In this document: piece after piece, positions 59,135 through 64,000 of the stretch
How positions within the stretch are numbered: position 1 is the stretch's first letter
Layout: the number at the start of each line of letters is the position of its first letter
NCBI GenBank assembly: GCA_036172245.1
Contig: JAYWIR010000050.1
Location: forward strand, 1 to 64,000
Origin: Raillietiella orientalis
Lineage: Eukaryota
Direction: 5' to 3'
DNA length: 64,000 nt
Notes under the pieces: generated by a model
The model's database searches: none
Seen by the model: the letters and a program-made list of their open reading frames with translations, nothing else
What the model was told of the DNA's origin: nothing
Translations under genes and position numbers: made by a program

Positions 59135-59139
59135 TGGGC

Positions 59140-60225
59140 TTAGAGGGGGAATACGATGAAAAATAGGAAGTAGACAATTGATGCTGCTTGTCTAAGAGGT
59201 AATATGGATGAGGTAATGGTTTGGGTTCCTAATCATGTTAGAATGGAGAATGAGGATAGTAGGAATGATAGAAGGATTTTTTTTCTGAAGTAATAGTGGG
59301 ATGATGGTAAGGTTGGGGATTTGTGTATGGGTAGGGTAAAGAGAATGAGGATACTGGAGATTAGTGCAATTACTCCTCCTAATTTGTTGGGGATTGATCG
59401 TAGGATAGTATAAGCGAATAGGAAGTATCATTCAGGTTGAATGTGTGAAGGAGTTATTAGAGGGTTAGAGATTATGAAATTTTCTTCGGATATAAATATA
59501 TAAGGGAAGAAAGTGGATGTAAATAGGAGGAGTGTAATAAGTGGTAGAAGGCTTGTTATGTCTTTAATGATGAAAAATGGTCGGAAAGGTAGTATGTCTA
59601 GGTTTCTTTTAGTGCCTAGGGGGTTTGAGGAAAGGGTTTTGTGTAGAAAGAATAGGTGTATTATGGAAATGATTACTATGATGAAAGGTAGAATGAAGTG
59701 TAATGAGAAGAATCGGTTGAGGGTGGGATTAGACACGAAGAAGTTTCCCCAAAGGAATGAAATGATGTGTTGGCCAATGAGGGGGATGGCGGAGAATAGG
59801 TTAGTAATGACTGTGGCAGCTCAGAAAGATATTTGTCCTCAGGGGAGAACGTATCCTAAGAATGATGTTATTATAAGTAGGATTAAGAGAAGTAATCCTG
59901 AAAGTCAAGTTATAATGTTCTTGTAGGAAAAGAAGTATAATGCACGGAAGGTGTGTAGGTAGATTGCCATGAAGAAAAAGGAGGCAGTGTTAGCGTGAAT
60001 ATAACGTATGAGTCATCCGTTGTTGGTATTGTGTATTATATTGATGATTGATGAAAAGGCTTCTGAGGTGTGGGGGGTGTAGTGCATGGAGATAATGATG
60101 CCTGTAATTAGTTGATTAATTAAAAGGATTCCTATTATGGAGCCTAGATTTCATGAGTAGGAGATGTTTGATGGTATGGGTAAGTTGATTATGTGTTTGA
60201 GTTTTTTATTAAGGTTTGTTATTAT
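59140..60225 (-). CDS. cob: Cytochrome b
   Basis: [43 protein letters not shown]; 362 codons from ATA to TAA. Confidence 0.95.
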
Positions 60226-60656
60226 AGGAGGGAACGGAGTGGTGCTTTATTTTGTAAGGTTATGTATGGAATAATGATTAATGTTAGTCTTAGGAAGGAT
60301 ATGAGAAATCAAGTTATTGGGATGTTAGGTAGTGATAATATAATTTTTGATGTACATGATGAGGAGGGGAAGGTGGGCTGGAGCGAGTGAGGTAGGAGGA
60401 ATAGTAGGGGAATGAGGATGAGTGGGGTTTTGTTGAATGTAGATAGTTCATTATATGTTAGGGATGTTATATAGGAGAAGATGATTAAGATTCCTCCGAC
60501 GTAGATGAGAAATATGATAATGGCGTACCATGATGATATGGAAAGGAGGTTGATAGTGATAGCAATGGTTAGTGAAGTTATTGCGAGAAATAAAGCTATG
60601 ATTATTGGGTTTGTATATGAGCAGTAGAGGAGGGATGTAATTGTAACTATGAGTAT
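60222..60656 (-). CDS. nad6: NADH dehydrogenase subunit 6
   Basis: SWYAIIMFLIYVGGILIIFSY motif; ends APLRSLL*; 145 codons. Confidence 0.88.
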
Positions 60657-60716
60657 GCAAGGGGTTGATGATTATGCTCTGGAGATTTGTTGATAAATAG
60701 TCCAGGACTAAAATTA

Positions 60717-61000
60717 GTGGTAGAAATAGGTATAGTAATTGTATTTATGTTAGGTTTATGGAGATTCTTTATGAATAAGCGGCATGTTTTAAGAAGGTTA
60801 TTGAGGTTAGAAATGATGATGTTAGGTGGTTTGGGTAATTTTTTTTGGTGGAGATAAGTGTAAGTGGCAGTGGGTATGAAATTTTGTTTATAATAGTGTC
60901 GAGTATTTGTGAGGGAGCTATGGGGTTGTGTTTGATTGTTCTTATTAGTCGAAGTGTCGGTAGTGATTATTGTAAATCTATTAGTATTATTGGATGTTAG
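60717..61000 (+). pseudogene. nad4L: NADH dehydrogenase subunit 4L with a 1-nt frameshift
   Basis: HVLSSLLSLE lies in one frame and CEGAMGL..SRSVGSD in another; TAA at 60855-60857; ATGTTAG overlap with nad4. Confidence 0.85.
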
Positions 61001-62260
61001 GAATTATGGTGTTTGCGCTATTTATGAGGGTAGGTATTGGGTATGGTTGGGGGATGGTGTGTTGGGGTATTATGTTTTTGTGAGTTATAGGGTGTATATG
61101 TAAGGAGCAATGTTTGGGTAGGGGTGGTATGGTTGATAGAGTGAGATATTGTTTGTTATTGATAAGTGTGGTGTTGTTTTTTTTAGTGATGCAAAGTAAT
61201 ACGGCCGTTAATGGGGAAGTGGTGTTGAAGGTGGCGGTGTTGATTTTGGGTGTGTTTGTGATTTACAGGTTTGTGAGGGTTGATTTTTTTATATTTTATG
61301 TATTTTTTGAAGGTAGAATAATTCCTATGGTTTTAATTGTTGTTTGATGAGGCTATCAAAGGGAGCGGTTTAGAGCTAGTGTTTATATATTTGTTTATAC
61401 GGTTTTTATGTCTTTGTGATTTTTAATTGGTATTGTTAATTTTGTGGATGATAGGTTAGTTGTTAGAATATTGGATGAAAAAATGGGGTTGGAAGGTTTA
61501 GTATTGGTGGGGGGTTTTTTTGTAAAATTGCCAGTTTATGGGGTTCATTTGTGGCTTCCAAAGGCTCATGTGGAGTCTATTTCTTATGGTTCTATAATTC
61601 TTGCTGGAGTTATGTTGAAATTGGGGGGCTATGGAATAGTACGATTATTTGTGAAGTATAATTATGGGGTTATAAGATTGTGATTGATGGGGGTGAGAAT
61701 AGTGGGTGGTGTAGTAAGTGGCTTGATGTGCTTTCGACAAGTGGATTATAAAGTAATTATGGCTTATTCATCAATTTGTCATATGAGAGCGATTGTAGGG
61801 GGGAGATTGGTAGGAGGTGAAATGGGTTTAATGGGGTGTGTTTTAATGATGGTGGCACATGGATATGTATCTTCTGGTTTATTTTTTATTAGTGGTTTAG
61901 TGTTTGAGTTGTTGGGGAGACGGTCGATGTACTTGAGGGGTGGGATGAGGTTGAGTTGTAGTGGGATAGGGGGTTTGATTATGGTTTTGTGTTTTTTAAA
62001 TATATCATGTCCTTTAAGATTGGGCTTGTTAGGTGAAATTATAATGTATATGGGGATGGTGAATGTGGTGATGTATGTGGTATTGTATTTAGGTATTATT
62101 ACTATAGTTGGGGGAGGTTATAGAATGTATATGTTAAGAATATTGTGTCATGGGGATATAGCAATGGATGTAAATTTTATATTAATGATGAAAGATTTTT
62201 ATGTTGTTATAATGTGTATGGTGGCTAGGGTAGTAAGGATAATAATATTTTTATGTTGAT
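60994..62260 (+). CDS. nad4: NADH dehydrogenase subunit 4 (incomplete stop T)
   Basis: [31 protein letters not shown], all in one frame. Confidence 0.93.
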
Positions 62261-62321
62261 GTCAAGATAGTTTAATAAGAATAACGATTTGTGGTATCGT
62301 AGGTAGTTGTTGGCTTTGAAT
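62261..62321 (+). tRNA. trnH: mt tRNA-His (GUG)
   Basis: ACGAT-TTGTGGT-ATCGT anticodon arm; canonical position between nad4 and nad5. Confidence 0.85.
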
Positions 62322-62324
62322 TAT

Positions 62325-63938
62325 ATAGTGGTATTGGCTAGGATGATAGCCGTGAATGTAAGTTTGTGATTTATTTGTTGAGGTAGGGTGATGATGATGG
62401 AATGATCATTGATAAGGTTAGGGGGAATGGAATGAGGTTTGTTGTTTATTTTGGATGATAAATGTTTATTGTTTATGAGGTATGTAATGGTTATTTCTTT
62501 TTTAGTGATGGTGTATAGATGGGAGTATATTGAGTGGAAGAAGAAGTGGTTTTTTGTGTTAGTGTTTTGGTTTGTGGTGAGGATGTTATTGTTAATTATG
62601 AGTGGTAGTTTAGTAACTATTATTTTGGGTTGAGATGGACTGGGTATTATTTCGTACTGTCTAGTTATTTTTTATGTAAATTGTAATTCTAATTATGGGG
62701 GTATGATTACTTTTTTGAGTAATCGTGTGGGAGATAGAATTTTATTGATGGGTATTGGGTGGTTGTTGATAGGGGGTACTTGGAGGTTTAGCAGGTTAGA
62801 TGCGGGTGGCTGATGTTTTTGAATTGTGGTGTTAATGAGAATGACTAAGAGTGCTCAGCTGCCCTTTAGTGCGTGGTTACCAGAGGCTATGGCAGCGCCA
62901 ACGCCAGTGTCGGCTTTAGTTCATTCATCGACGTTAGTAACTGCAGGAGTGTATTTGATGATTCGGTTTAATGAAATTGGGATGGTGAGTAATGTGGTAA
63001 TTTATGGGGGTCTTTTAACGAGGGTATATTCGGGGTTGATGGGGAGATTAGAGGTTGATGTAAAGAAGATTATTGCATATTCGACGCTGAGGCAGTTGGG
63101 CATGATGTTTATGGGGTTGGGGTTAGGTATAGGAGTGTTAGTATATTATCATTTATTGATTCATGCTGTGTTTAAATCATTGATGTTTATGTGTGCAGGA
63201 TTAGTTATTCATATACATGATGGAAGGCAAGATTTGCGAGTTATGGGGGGTACAAGTACAGTTAATGTGGCTTTGAGTGTTATCTATAATGTAAGGATTA
63301 TGGGATTAGTGGGGTTTCCTTTTTTGAGGGGTTATTATAGGAAAGATTATTTAGTGGAATGGATATGATATTCTATGTGGGGGGGTGTGGCGGAAGTTTT
63401 TATTTTTGTTGGGTTGGTATTAACGGTGGTTTATGGATATCGAATATTAGGTAGAGTAGTGGGTGGTGCTGGTAATGTAGAGAGAAATGTTAGTATAAAT
63501 GATGGATATTATATTGTATTAATGAGGTTAAATTTTATAGTGGTAGTAGGAGGTATATTAGTCGTGGAGGAGGTTGAAAGATTTGTGTTGTTTTTTATAG
63601 AGAAATATGCAGCAATTGTAAGAATAATTGTTGGTTTATTATTTGTGGGTATTGCAAGTTTGTTTGTAAGTTGGGGGGATGTGGTGGTGGTAGTTATGGG
63701 TTTGAAGTTGATAAGGGGGTTGATGTTGAGAAATTGATTAATGTATGTTGGCATGGTGGTGGAGATGGTTGATAAGGGGTGAATGGAGTGAGGGGGTGTG
63801 TGGTATGTGGGGATAATTGATACTGTAGGTAAGAAGAGTATTGCGTATAATGTTATGGAAGGTAAATATTTTATTGGTTATTTTATTATGTGTTGTTTGA
63901 TGTGAATGATTCTTGTGAATGATTTTTTATGGAGTTAA
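62325..63938 (+). CDS. nad5: NADH dehydrogenase subunit 5
   Basis: [43 protein letters not shown]; 538 codons from ATA to TAA. Confidence 0.95.
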
Positions 63939-64000
63939 GATTGAATGGTTGGAGTTGAGAGATTGGGTTATAATTGGTGTTATGTTGGTATTTTATGGGG

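Larger units (their letters stand above)
53678..64000. other. Mitochondrial DNA segment (arthropod-type); NUMT or mis-joined organelle sequence
   Basis: Abrupt shift to AT-rich, G/T-skewed sequence; contiguous mt genes readable with the invertebrate mt code (TGA=Trp, AGA/AGG=Ser). Confidence 0.97.

Noticed and set aside
58361..63737. Apparent fragmentation of nad1, nad4, nad5 and cob in the ORF track
   Set aside because: An artefact of reading TGA as stop; the frames are continuous under the invertebrate mitochondrial code.
63939..64000. Expected trnF after nad5
   Set aside because: No GAA anticodon arm is recognisable before the window ends.

Overview
The window has two very different parts. 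Bases 1 to ~53,680 are a GC-rich patchwork of nested, mostly truncated or decayed non-LTR retrotransposons of the L1/Tx1 type (ORF1 with CCHC knuckles; ORF2 with APE endonuclease, RT and a C-terminal CCHC finger). Several divergent families are present, and I found no host gene. Family letters below (A-L) are my own labels. Bases ~53,680-64,000 are an AT-rich, strand-skewed arthropod-type mitochondrial segment read with the invertebrate mitochondrial code: 5' cox1, W, Y, C, Q*, nad2, M, I, S2, control region, V, rrnS, rrnL, nad1, P, T, pseudo-T, cob, nad6, nad4L, nad4, H, nad5. It joins the repeats in the middle of cox1, so it is either a NUMT or an assembly chimera. The strongest candidate for an undescribed system is in the retrotransposons. 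None of the twelve 3' ends I could read has a poly(A) tail. Most end instead in AATAAA, then a small H-type pseudoknot with a compensatory change between families, then a G-run plus AAAC(C). A structured 3'UTR RNA lies upstream, the endonuclease appears to lack the specificity beta-hairpin, and several insertion junctions recur at the same positions inside other elements. The mitochondrial part shows a rearranged gene order, a 44-nt armless tRNA-Cys, a trnQ body carrying a UAG anticodon and a decayed trnT duplicate. All structures and alignments were done by eye.
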